IMG/VR virus record: IMGVR_UViG_3300027898_000007
DNA length: 64,000 bases
From: a virus
Direction: 5' to 3' (one strand)
Part shown: in pieces, positions 11,001 to 19,903 of the stretch
Numbering within the stretch: the first letter of the stretch is position 1
Layout: every line of letters starts with the position of its first letter
Program-made: the position numbers and the translations under genes
Notes under the pieces: generated by a model
The model's database searches: none
What the model saw: the letters and a program-made list of their open reading frames with translations, nothing else
Told to the model about the DNA's origin: nothing

Positions 11001-12615
11001 TTACTTGATTAGCAATGGCTGATGGTAATTGAATATTACTAAACGTTAATGCTATGTAATTGGCATACATTACATTTCCACTATACGTGATAATAGGTAA
11101 TGATGTAGAGCTTGGGATTCGATGATGACGAATTAAATTGGGTATATTTCCACTTGGACCATATGATCCGGAAGTAGGATAATCGAAACCCGATGGATAT
11201 TGAATAGTGGATTCCCAATAATTTAAACGGTTACCATTTCCATCCGTATAAAATGTATCTCGATTTTGCCAATTAAATGTATTCGTATTAGTAGAACTAT
11301 CATAATTTGTGTTTACATCTGATGCGATATAACTTCTTCCTGGAATATGATATACTTGAGTTTCTAAACCAGAATTAAGAACAAAAGCAATTCCTAATGA
11401 ATATACTTCTCCTCTCATAACATTTAATGTGTATTCAGACACACTAGGGTCAAAACTTACATATTGATAATCGGTTAATTGATTATTTAATACGGATGGA
11501 ACATTGGCTTGAACTACTTTCGGTACAACCGTATATGTAACGACTATGTTATTAGCGTATTGTTGGTAACGTAGTACTGTTTTATCTTGTTTTGTATTGG
11601 CAATCAATAATCGATTTTCTTTCTGAGCAATTACTTCCGATCCGTAATAAATACTAGGGTCTACCGTTACAGCACTAATTCCTTGATTATTGGCTACTGT
11701 GTTTTCATAACCCGTATACGTATAACTCATCGTATTTCCTGTAATAGGAATAGATTGAATACTCGCTACGGAACTTACTTGATTAATTGTTTTAACGACT
11801 ACTAAATCAAATTGAGGATAATTTAAATCTAAATCTCGTAAATTGAGAGTAATTGTTTTACTAGTTAAAGTTGTACCACTAATGTCTCCGTCAAATAAAC
11901 CGAAATTACCTTGGTTTGTTGAATTTAGTAAATCTTTATTAATATAAACAGGTTTACATAAACCGAATATGTTTGTCGTAGAATAATTTTGAAAACGATA
12001 TTGAATAGCAAATTCGTATGTTCCGGAAGTCAAATTTCCCCCAATATCACTTACTTGAATGGATGAAATAATAGCCGGGGAATAACTAGGGGATAGCGAT
12101 AATTGTTCTATGGGAACACAGGGTTGGGAAACACCTAAAGCGATTTGAGATAACGCGTAATCTATATTTAAGGAACTATCATTATTTAATCCATCTACCC
12201 AATAAATAATTCGCTGATTTAAATAATTAAATTTATACGTTCCGGTTATTTCATTAGTAGATTGGAAATTAAGTAAGGGGGTAGAATAAACTAAGGTTGC
12301 TGTAGAAGCATCTAAATCAATTAAATATATGGAATTAAAAACTGAAGAATTAGTATCTAAATTTTTAACAAAAAATACATATTGATGAACGCCTAACCAA
12401 ATATTACCAACTAGTAAACAAGGTGAAGGTAATCCGGTTAAAGTTATATCCTGGGAACCATTTTCATTTTCCAAAGTGCTACCATTAATAATCGGATCGT
12501 TTTTAATGGCGTTTAAAGCATACGAATAACTATCTTTTTTCTGAGTTTGTTTTGCTTGATTCAGAATTAAGCCATGGGTAAATACTTGATGGGATTCATT
12601 ACCTTTTGCACTCAT
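8086..12615 (-). CDS. Tail stabilization/muzzle protein (P22 gp10-like, crAss Tstab)
   Basis: 1509 aa; N-terminal YSYALNAIKND and YWVDGLNN; C-terminal WASFHSYLPNNY and RGRFRDNYFVIRF; position after tail tubular gene. Confidence 0.8.
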   Translation of the reverse strand: MSAKGNESHQVFTHGLILNQAKQTQKKDSYSYALNAIKNDPIINGSTLENENGSQDITLTGLPSPCLLVGNIWLGVHQYVFFVKNLDTNSSVFNSIYLIDLDASTATLVYSTPLLNFQSTNEITGTYKFNYLNQRIIYWVDGLNNDSSLNIDYALSQIALGVSQPCVPIEQLSLSPSYSPAIISSIQVSDIGGNLTSGTYEFAIQYRFQNYSTTNIFGLCKPVYINKDLLNSTNQGNFGLFDGDISGTTLTSKTITLNLRDLDLNYPQFDLVVVKTINQVSSVASIQSIPITGNTMSYTYTGYENTVANNQGISAVTVDPSIYYGSEVIAQKENRLLIANTKQDKTVLRYQQYANNIVVTYTVVPKVVQANVPSVLNNQLTDYQYVSFDPSVSEYTLNVMRGEVYSLGIAFVLNSGLETQVYHIPGRSYIASDVNTNYDSSTNTNTFNWQNRDTFYTDGNGNRLNYWESTIQYPSGFDYPTSGSYGPSGNIPNLIRHHRIPSSTSLPIITYSGNVMYANYIALTFSNIQLPSAIANQVKLIKFYMTPRDLPQNKSVIAKGAFSRTAFCGGDVQYTSNSTTNGPTQLPRYVVPASPFSTIPQDVNPGFSSTASGPQFTNNASAVQQNIAQYSNTKINLFYYGGSQGNTQQISDPSDLSLPSPNTQQLNGATYQNENKTILFFHSPDTDAKADNNDKPVLSVNKALLENRLQGNVNWYKNPTAFSINSNNYNANTYNTYNQGAANGVQVPHFMGDCVFNNMDSRSGVTKFYYGVQGATYVPYNAILSQSNVGNISMPYYGILRESGTLVELLHSVSPDFSDYGSENSTTFITNAVSGGNFAHPVYDKYDGDSPTSSQQGISPYGPRGTINQLAQFQSSAPTGITGYSQNNAIYYYGSLQSANVSQYGSTLGLQYEYLGLTCDNLSVNGSGYLTTSPSGIIGDTFIDMYSIKRTAYSNYYHDATSTAGSIFQVYMAGISSFPCESSLNYRMRLTQGINGASYYPKDVYGSQADTWIQNNFAYDNYLKINDDYNKKYSKQNFGPTQINTITSNQALVTTSTLQYLTRISYSQQSLSEDTVDYWRTFLANDYRDLPKNRGPITGLFTKYERIFALTRDSLFDVYGSNYNLQNSTTTDIAVGTGTFFGLEPKEVLSIDGGYSGTSSKWSIVETPYGYLFVDKNKKSVILFNDQLKDITYQGAKEFFQLNGAISLYNQIPDLKKGSGFDNPLNNVGYTCGWDKEHNRLLVTKLDYNLVDITRYKGIYNPNTTYGSTDIYTQNGKLTNSANSLSFSDTSTFINKSFTLSYIPQLEQWASFHSYLPNNYLHHPTNFLLKQNTSSVQISNSGVPGYYFNTQYPFIIEIVANDYPQDVKVTDSIQVSLESYTGSGVDKLRGNSFFDQFMVYNEFQNSGIISLIVNTNLTKKEKIWSINQFLDVTNSNQSAQMFTDNWSIIQSVYPIDKVINTSILNTNKPWYQRGRFRDNYFVIRFSKNNLDNSKFLINFVSTQFRKSIR

Positions 12616-12617
12616 TA

Positions 12618-13418
12618 TTAATATGAAGAATAATTACCGTAATGGGTATTAGATGAAAAATCAGTAGGTAAGGTTCTATTTAAATCCGCGAAGAAATTAT
12701 TAGAAGCTGTTAGATTAGGTTTTAATGACAAATACTGTTTGGCAATATTAATCATATTATTTAAATCAGGAGATTTTGCTTCGGCTCTAGCTTGTTTACA
12801 TTTTCTCCACCAATCTTGTTCAATTTTTTCATACATTCCTGAAGTAATTTTTCCCCTGAGCCATTCAATATAATACAGCTTATATACAATATATCTAAAA
12901 ACAGCTTCTTTAAATTCTTGATTGTCCGGGATCATGGGCCAATTTTCTTCATCTAATTGTCTAGCCGTGTATCCTATTATGATTTCGCCTTCGGGAAAAG
13001 ATGTTCTGATAATGCGACCTTCAATACTATAATTGGCAGTAGCCCAATTAACATTATTAAGATTACCAACAAAAACAGAATTGTAAAGACTTGCTTCATT
13101 GATGATGGAAGTGTTAGTATTAGTAACTATGTTACGTCTATGGGTCGGACCAAAAATATCAGAAGATCTTTTTAAAGGATAGCCATTATAACTAATCATA
13201 TTAAGCCCAGCAAAATCCGGGGGTAAGATTCCAGAATAATTATCAACACATATCTTTAATGTTTTTGTTACATATTGTTCAAATGTTCCAATATAATCCA
13301 ATGCTTCAGCTACCCATTCTACCATATCACCAATTCGATCTTCTTCTTTAAGATCTAAATCACGATATACTTTAGCTAGGATTTGTTTAACTGATACAAA
13401 GTTTCCATATAAGGCCAT
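12618..13418 (-). CDS. Tail tubular/ring protein (crAss Ttub, P22 gp4-like)
   Basis: VSVKQILAKVYRDL, EWVAEALDYIG, RTSFPEGEIIIGY, PMIPDN; between IHF and muzzle genes. Confidence 0.75.
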   Translation of the reverse strand: MALYGNFVSVKQILAKVYRDLDLKEEDRIGDMVEWVAEALDYIGTFEQYVTKTLKICVDNYSGILPPDFAGLNMISYNGYPLKRSSDIFGPTHRRNIVTNTNTSIINEASLYNSVFVGNLNNVNWATANYSIEGRIIRTSFPEGEIIIGYTARQLDEENWPMIPDNQEFKEAVFRYIVYKLYYIEWLRGKITSGMYEKIEQDWWRKCKQARAEAKSPDLNNMINIAKQYLSLKPNLTASNNFFADLNRTLPTDFSSNTHYGNYSSY

Positions 13419-13909
13419 TAATCAAAATATTTAATACATTTACCGTTTTCTTTAGCTGCTTTAGCTAAAGCTCTTTGGTTTACCCTTGCTGGTATAAAAC
13501 AATAATACGATTTGTTTTTTACGATCATATCTCGTTTTCCCCAAAAAAATTTATAGTAATATTCATTACTATGGGAATTTAAATGATGAGTTATAATACC
13601 TGTTTTCTTCCAGGTTCCCCAGTCTACTTTTAATCGGTTAAGAATTATCTTTTTCTTTTTAATTCTGAAATATCCCAATCGAAAAGGTAAATCAACTATT
13701 TCTCCATCTATTAAAGCTTCAGATAAATTTTCATTAAATTTTTGACATATTTGTCGATATAATGATCTGTCAATATACCATTTAGATTTTTTGTCTAAAT
13801 CCTTAACGTAATACTGATATGCTTGAAATAATGTTAGTTGTTCTGTTAATTGCTCTTTTTGAATTAGTTTTTTAGGGTATATTTTTTTCTTATTTTCTGA
13901 AGTTTCCAT
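13418..13909 (-). CDS. IHF/HU-like DNA-binding protein
   Basis: FNENLSEALIDGEIVDLPFRLGYFRIKKK matches the HU/IHF core; conserved crAss position. Confidence 0.7.
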   Translation of the reverse strand: METSENKKKIYPKKLIQKEQLTEQLTLFQAYQYYVKDLDKKSKWYIDRSLYRQICQKFNENLSEALIDGEIVDLPFRLGYFRIKKKKIILNRLKVDWGTWKKTGIITHHLNSHSNEYYYKFFWGKRDMIVKNKSYYCFIPARVNQRALAKAAKENGKCIKYFD

Positions 13910-13913
13910 GATA

Positions 13914-14624
13914 TTATTTTTTTCTCACTTCTGATGTTATTTCATCTAATCCAGACGATCCGTCATTTTTGGTATCATTAGGTAAAGCTAACTTCAAATC
14001 TAATTCGTTTTCTTTGATTGCTTTTGTTAAAATAGTAATCATATATTCACTCATAGGATATGGTTCTTCTTCATAAACAATAGCACAATTACTTGTTCCT
14101 GTATTGGCGTTTTTAAATTTCCAGACATCTCTGGGATCTTGAAACACTCCCTCGACCCATAAGCTCGTAATAGGGAGCTGATCACACCCCGATACATATA
14201 TTCTATTGTCTCTGAAATAACTTCGCTTCCTAGAGCTTGTATAAGGGTTATACCGCGACCAATGTGAAGCATATGAACGACTAGAAAAATCAAACGGTGA
14301 ATTCCTATCTAATCCTCCAATATAAGTAAATAAATCTCGATCGTTGGTCTCTAATGGATTCGGAATCATACTCACGGATGCCAATATATCTCCGGCTGGG
14401 ATTAAGGGATTGTCGGTTATATTTTGACGGATCATAGGAACGGGTCCTAAATTTTGAATAACATTAGACGATAATTGTTTCTTTTTATCTATGTCTTGTT
14501 TAATCAATCTAGCTCTCCAGGTATTAATCATAAACTCAAATTGACGATTGCTAACTTTATAATCGTTAGAATAATCGTTTATTTCATTTTTGAGAATATA
14601 AATAATTTCATTGAGAGTCGCCAT
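13914..14624 (-). CDS. Ring/head-tail connector protein
   Basis: MATLNEII...RQFEFMINTWRARLIKQ and VEGVFQDP resemble crAss ring proteins; synteny. Confidence 0.65.
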   Translation of the reverse strand: MATLNEIIYILKNEINDYSNDYKVSNRQFEFMINTWRARLIKQDIDKKKQLSSNVIQNLGPVPMIRQNITDNPLIPAGDILASVSMIPNPLETNDRDLFTYIGGLDRNSPFDFSSRSYASHWSRYNPYTSSRKRSYFRDNRIYVSGCDQLPITSLWVEGVFQDPRDVWKFKNANTGTSNCAIVYEEEPYPMSEYMITILTKAIKENELDLKLALPNDTKNDGSSGLDEITSEVRKK

Positions 14625-14627
14625 TTA

Positions 14628-15179
14628 TTAAAATAATTTTTTAAATCGAGCTATTAATATCAAAATCCCTAATCCAATAATAGCCAATATAATCCATTTT
14701 ATTTCTTTGGCAATATTTACTAAATTTTGCCAAAAATTTGGAACATGATTCACCACTTTAGCAATTTTAACAGAAGTAGTTAAACTGTCACTTTTTATTT
14801 TTTCTTTTTCTTGTAATAATTTAAAAACTCTGATTAATGAATCCTGGGTTACACGTAATTTATGATTTTCTAATGATAAACTTTTAAACTGTTTATTATC
14901 GGTACTTTGATGGTCAATTACTTGCACTTTTTCAACAAAAACCGTGTCTCCATGAACTCGCACTCCGATGCTTTTATCATCATTATAATGAATACCTGAT
15001 CCTTTAATAAGGATTGTATTTTTTACTGGATGAATAAGAGTATCTATATCGTGACGAATAATGGATTCTGATGAAACAAACTTATGAGTACCACAAGCTA
15101 CCATGTCAATTATCCAACAAACTACTACAATGATTAAAATATAAAATCTAATTGATCGAATATTGTTATTTTTTTTCAT
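14628..15179 (-). CDS. Putative unimolecular spanin
   Basis: Basic N-terminus, hydrophobic stretch and lipobox-like MVA-C, then a C-terminal TM helix (WIILAIIGLGILILIA) with basic tail. Confidence 0.55.
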   Translation of the reverse strand: MKKNNNIRSIRFYILIIVVVCWIIDMVACGTHKFVSSESIIRHDIDTLIHPVKNTILIKGSGIHYNDDKSIGVRVHGDTVFVEKVQVIDHQSTDNKQFKSLSLENHKLRVTQDSLIRVFKLLQEKEKIKSDSLTTSVKIAKVVNHVPNFWQNLVNIAKEIKWIILAIIGLGILILIARFKKLF

Positions 15180-15448
15180 GCTTGAGGAGGAGTAGTGGGG
15201 GTTGGGATAACAGATGGATCAACAATTGTTTTATCAATTTTAGCAAACTGAGCTACTACCGCAGCTGTTCCAGCTACAACCGCTAATTTATCTAAAATAT
15301 GACCTGGAATTACCGCGGTTACGCTAGGTTGTTGTTTTACACTTTCAGAAGTAAAACAAATAAGTGCAGCAATCTTTTGTAATTTTTTCCACCACACGGG
15401 TAGTTCGCTTAAAAAACGATCTTTTAATTCTATAAAAAACTTTTTCAT
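15176..15448 (-). CDS. Putative holin
   Basis: 90 aa, two hydrophobic segments, ELPVWWKKLQKIA motif typical of Bacteroidetes phage holin-like proteins; next to spanin candidate. Confidence 0.5.
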   Translation of the reverse strand: MKKFFIELKDRFLSELPVWWKKLQKIAALICFTSESVKQQPSVTAVIPGHILDKLAVVAGTAAVVAQFAKIDKTIVDPSVIPTPTTPPQA

Positions 15449-15449
15449 T

Positions 15450-15824
15450 TTAGTCTTGGATTAATTTTCTTTTTTTGGGTCTTTGTTCTTGATTATACAC
15501 AAGTTTTTGTCTATCTAAACGTTCAATGTTTTTTTTTAAATCGGCTACTTCTTTTCGAGATTCTTGAACCTGGGTAATTAATTCTCTATTTACACTATCT
15601 GTTTTCCGGATATTAACTTCTAAATTAGTCGTTCTAGGTAATACCGTTAACAATTGATCTAATTTGTTATTAAGATTGGCGTATCCAACCCCTAATGCAA
15701 AAATACCCGCTATTATTCCTGCTATGTGATTCCAATTTAATGATGTATCAATGGTTGGGTGATTGTTAGGCGAGTGATTATGTGATTGATTTCCATATAG
15801 TGTTTGTTCGTTATTATCCTCCAT
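15450..15824 (-). CDS. Single-TM coiled-coil protein, possible lysis accessory
   Basis: WNHIAGIIAGIFALGVGY followed by a coiled coil. Confidence 0.4.
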   Translation of the reverse strand: MEDNNEQTLYGNQSHNHSPNNHPTIDTSLNWNHIAGIIAGIFALGVGYANLNNKLDQLLTVLPRTTNLEVNIRKTDSVNRELITQVQESRKEVADLKKNIERLDRQKLVYNQEQRPKKRKLIQD

Positions 15825-16186
15825 TAAGCGATTGGTGTATTGGTTAAAGCGGGTGATATATTAATCATCATATTATTATTTAGTATGGATTTAATTACAA
15901 TAAACAATTCAGAAAAAAGAACGTAATCAGATGTTTGCATCTGAGGATTAAAATAATATTGTCCGTTGGTAGGGTTTTTTAATACCCATTTATCTAAAAA
16001 ATGTTTAAATATGTATAAATTCTGGTAAACTCCATTTAAATAATCCGCATTAAAATCTTTAACTTCTATCCCATTGGTTGTCAAATTCATAATTTTAGTA
16101 GCTAATACGGAATAAGCGTATCGTAAATTAATATATGCTGATTGACAATCGTTAGGTCCCGGATTATTAAATGTTGTAGCTCCCAT
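15824..16186 (-). CDS. Hypothetical protein, probably structural
   Basis: ORF coupled by TAATG overlap within late operon. Confidence 0.45.
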   Translation of the reverse strand: MGATTFNNPGPNDCQSAYINLRYAYSVLATKIMNLTTNGIEVKDFNADYLNGVYQNLYIFKHFLDKWVLKNPTNGQYYFNPQMQTSDYVLFSELFIVIKSILNNNMMINISPALTNTPIA

Positions 16187-16193
16187 TATAAAT

Positions 16194-16796
16194 TTAACAA
16201 GTAGCGGATGAAAATGATAAATTACAAGCTAAAGTTAATAATTGTTGAGCCGTCAATAAATCCCCCACATAAATTTTAGCTTTACTTGCTTCTAAATTAT
16301 TAATTACGTTTTTTATTTTATCTGTAATTATTCCAGGATAATTAAAACTATTTCCATAATTATTAGATTGTTCGCTTAACGTATCTCCAACAGCCGTGCT
16401 AAGATATACGCTCAACGCTAAATTAGCCAAGTTATTCATAGTGTTATATTTACTGGTATAAATTATACTGGTATTTATGGATGAATTTACTCCCGATACT
16501 TGATAAATATACGTTACAGTTACAGTTACTATTAGATCTAATGTCGTCTGGGAACCAAGTACTCCAGTAAAGTATCCGGATACCGTTACCGTATCTTGAA
16601 CACCATCGATTGTTCCTGAATAAGGAAACAAAACAACTTGAGTTATTCCGTCGAAACGAGTTAACGTAACCGTTCTTCCTACAAATGCCGATTTACTTAT
16701 CGATCCTAATGTTGATCCATATACAGAAGTATCGGTAACTAATAAATCAGTTCCGTTATTAACTGTTTGAACTTGAATAGATGGAGTAAAACTCAT
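16194..16796 (-). CDS. Hypothetical virion protein, possible tail hub
   Basis: MSFTPSIQVQTV...LLVTDTSVY beta-rich N-terminus and helical C-terminus ending in Cys. Confidence 0.4.
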   Translation of the reverse strand: MSFTPSIQVQTVNNGTDLLVTDTSVYGSTLGSISKSAFVGRTVTLTRFDGITQVVLFPYSGTIDGVQDTVTVSGYFTGVLGSQTTLDLIVTVTVTYIYQVSGVNSSINTSIIYTSKYNTMNNLANLALSVYLSTAVGDTLSEQSNNYGNSFNYPGIITDKIKNVINNLEASKAKIYVGDLLTAQQLLTLACNLSFSSATC

Positions 16797-16818
16797 TTAA
16801 ATATTTATTGTTATGTTT

Positions 16819-16826
16819 CAAATATA
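16819..16826 (-). promoter_or_regulatory. Bacteroidetes -7 promoter element TATATTTG
   Basis: Matches TAnnTTTG; in the intergenic gap just upstream of 16796; TTAG 20 nt upstream. Confidence 0.55.
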
Positions 16827-16855
16827 CAAATATTTACAATTAATTCCTAATTAAT

Positions 16856-19800
16856 TTACACGCCAATAGGGCAAGATGTAGTATTTAAAGTAGGAGCTAC
16901 GTAATTAATATCAGTACTCACATTGGGTTTCGTAACTAAAACTCCGTTATTATAAACTAGTCCGGATCCGTTTGTATAATACTGTTGTAATAACGTATAT
17001 CCTAATTTACCATCATTAATAAATGTATTAGGATATTTAATTTCGGTCCAACTCGCACTATCGTAATTAGCTGCGTAAATACCCGAAGCTGCGTTTGAAT
17101 AGGCTACGTCTAAAGGAGCATTTCCAGCCATTCCCGTATTGACAATGGTTCCGTTGTTTAATGACGGATTAATTTGATAAATATTAGATCCTTGACGACT
17201 AGCTATGTAAATAGAAGAAGTTTGAGGTAAATATTCAGCGTTACCTGCTGGAGTAGGTAAACTCAAAGTATTGATGATTGTGTTGTAAGTCGGATTTGCT
17301 GGATTTGTATCAATTACATATACAGATTGTGCGTTTTGAACTGGAACAAACATAGTACGAGTGGCTGGAAAATAAGCAGGTTTTCTTCCAGTATCGCCTG
17401 TTGGTGAAGGTAAAGTAAGGGTGGCAAAAGCGGTTGTGCCTGTGGGAGATACCACATTTACTCTTACTACTCGATTGATTCCTGTGTTACCATCAACAAA
17501 ATATAAATTACCCGTGGTTGTATCTTCAGCTACTGAAGTTGGATATGACCCGGTGGCTCCGTTTGTAAATGAAATCAAACCTGCGGCTGTTCCTGACAAT
17601 GTTAGTTTCTGAGCATAATATTGTGTGGGGCCATAAGGTACAATAAATAAATTTTGATATTGAGAATAGAATAATCCAATCGGAGTATTTGAAGCAATAG
17701 CGGTATTGAGGGCTGTTACTGCATAGGTGGATGGATTTATAGAATATAAACCTTTTTGTTGATCTAATAAATAAATCATCGACCCCACTTGAACTAAACT
17801 TCTAGGTGAAGTAAATCCAGTTATAGTTTGAATAATCGTGTTGTACGTACTTGTGTTAGCGGGATTTACATCTAAAACGGAAACAGTACTGGTTCCACCT
17901 GATGCTGGAGTAGTTGTTGCGCTATTATAATTTGCAAAAAAAGCTCGATTGGTTGTTTGATCAATCACTACGGAATAAGGATAGCTTAATCCTCCTCCGG
18001 ATGCTCCGGAGTTTACAACTTTTTCACAATAGGCTGATCCGGGATTTACTTGCCATCCCGTAGGCCCATAACCTGAGCAAGTACATAATTGCCAATTACC
18101 TGCAAAATCTCTAATGTAAACTTGTTTTGTATTTACTTGCGCCCAATTTCCAGAAGCTGTTTTTATAAAAGAATTACATAAGTCTTCCCAAGTATTACTA
18201 GCGGTTTGAACATACACTTTAGAAATGGGAGTTAAAGCACTAATAGTGTAATAAAATATACCTGATGCTACTGTACCATTACTTACCAATGTGATGTTTC
18301 CAGAAGTAGCTCCTGTTGGAACGGTAGCTATTATTTGAGTAGAATTAATCGTTAAAACAGATGAACAAGCTACTCCGTTTATGTAAACTAAGTTGTTAGT
18401 TAAATTAAAATTAGTTCCGGTAATTGTAAAACTACTTCCTACGATTCCAACTAAAGGGGAAATAGAAGTAACAACTGGAGTTGCTGAAACAGCTGGGTTA
18501 ACTACGACAGTCGTTTGAGCTGCGGCTGTTCCACCATCCGCATCAATTACTGTTATTTGATATACATTAGTTCCTTGGGTTAATCCGGTAACTGAGGTAT
18601 TTTGAGAATTAGGATTAGTAATTGTACCCCCTGCGTTTCCGGATACTTTTGACCAAGTATAACTTGCAATAGTAGAACTACCTCCTGGTGTTCCAGTAGA
18701 GGTTAATGAAACTGTACTTGTGGGTAATTGAATAGTTTGATTACTACCAGCAATGACGCTTGGATTAACAATAACTCCTCCGGCAATAGTAATGGTAGTT
18801 TGACTAAAAGCATAATCTCCATTCCCGTCTATAGCTTCTATTTGAAAAATATAGGTTCCTGATATTAAATTACTTAATGTGGTACTTAATGTATTAGGAG
18901 AATTTATAGTCGCTACACTTGGACCAGAAACTTGAGTCCAAGTGAAAGTGGCGGTTTGACTACTCCCATAAGTAGGTGTTGCAGTAACAGTAGCCGTTGT
19001 TAGACCTGATGATAAATTTTGATTACTTCCCGCGTTAATGCTAATGCCTGATGTTTGATTAGGTATTGCGTTAGTAGCATCTAAATACGTAAACGTTAAA
19101 GTATTAGACCCCGATTGACCATTTATGATAATTCCTACTGTAACAGGTCCTGGACTTAATCCCGATGGAACATTACCTTGAAAATCAATTCCCCCTGATG
19201 TGGTATTTAAAGATGTACTAACTAAAGTAGCTAATACACTTCCGAAATACAATTGAATTTTAGTAATATCGGTTCCAAAATTTTGTCCTCGAATTTGAAA
19301 TTCTTGACCCACTCCACCCAATATAGGGTCAATCGAAGTCATCACTATTTGAGGAGCAGTTACTACAAAAGATACGATATTCGATCCAGTAGAATTACCC
19401 GCTCTAAATACTTGTAAATTATATGTAGCTGGGCTTAAATTAGGTAATATAACAACTAACGTTGTGCCATCTGTACTAACAGAACTTACAGTACAAGCCG
19501 TGGTTCCTAAATTAACCGTATTGTTTGCAGTAGAAGAACTATCGAAATTAGTTCCTGTGATAGTAACGGATGCTCCTCCTCCCGCTGATGTGGGATTTAC
19601 ACCTGAAATAGTGGGAGTTGGTAATGAGCTAAATGAAAACGTTTGACTAGCGTCCGTAGGTGTTCCGGTATTAGCTTGAATGGTTTCAAGAGTATATACT
19701 GTGCCGATTACCGGAGATGTTCCGCCAAAAGAAGCGTAAGCATATGTATCTGAAACTAAGTTTTTATTAACAAATATATTCCCAGTTGATCCTTTTATTT

Positions 19801-19903
19801 GGATACCTCCAAGAGTAGACAATCCCGTACCGTTAATTCCAATTATAGAATTGGCATATAATGGATTCGGTATGGTTAATGATGTGATTACTATTGCGCT
19901 CAT
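16856..19903 (-). CDS. Adhesin-like protein: IPT/TIG domains, two PKD-like domains and a YVTN-type beta-propeller (start revised to ATG 19903)
   Basis: PTISGVNPTSA, MTSIDPILGG, PVVTSISPLVG (IPT); AGSNQ...TWTQVSGP and YTWSKVSG (PKD); VIDTNPANPTYNTII (YVTN-like). ATG overlaps upstream TAA. Confidence 0.7.
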   Translation of the reverse strand: MSAIVITSLTIPNPLYANSIIGINGTGLSTLGGIQIKGSTGNIFVNKNLVSDTYAYASFGGTSPVIGTVYTLETIQANTGTPTDASQTFSFSSLPTPTISGVNPTSAGGGASVTITGTNFDSSSTANNTVNLGTTACTVSSVSTDGTTLVVILPNLSPATYNLQVFRAGNSTGSNIVSFVVTAPQIVMTSIDPILGGVGQEFQIRGQNFGTDITKIQLYFGSVLATLVSTSLNTTSGGIDFQGNVPSGLSPGPVTVGIIINGQSGSNTLTFTYLDATNAIPNQTSGISINAGSNQNLSSGLTTATVTATPTYGSSQTATFTWTQVSGPSVATINSPNTLSTTLSNLISGTYIFQIEAIDGNGDYAFSQTTITIAGGVIVNPSVIAGSNQTIQLPTSTVSLTSTGTPGGSSTIASYTWSKVSGNAGGTITNPNSQNTSVTGLTQGTNVYQITVIDADGGTAAAQTTVVVNPAVSATPVVTSISPLVGIVGSSFTITGTNFNLTNNLVYINGVACSSVLTINSTQIIATVPTGATSGNITLVSNGTVASGIFYYTISALTPISKVYVQTASNTWEDLCNSFIKTASGNWAQVNTKQVYIRDFAGNWQLCTCSGYGPTGWQVNPGSAYCEKVVNSGASGGGLSYPYSVVIDQTTNRAFFANYNSATTTPASGGTSTVSVLDVNPANTSTYNTIIQTITGFTSPRSLVQVGSMIYLLDQQKGLYSINPSTYAVTALNTAIASNTPIGLFYSQYQNLFIVPYGPTQYYAQKLTLSGTAAGLISFTNGATGSYPTSVAEDTTTGNLYFVDGNTGINRVVRVNVVSPTGTTAFATLTLPSPTGDTGRKPAYFPATRTMFVPVQNAQSVYVIDTNPANPTYNTIINTLSLPTPAGNAEYLPQTSSIYIASRQGSNIYQINPSLNNGTIVNTGMAGNAPLDVAYSNAASGIYAANYDSASWTEIKYPNTFINDGKLGYTLLQQYYTNGSGLVYNNGVLVTKPNVSTDINYVAPTLNTTSCPIGV

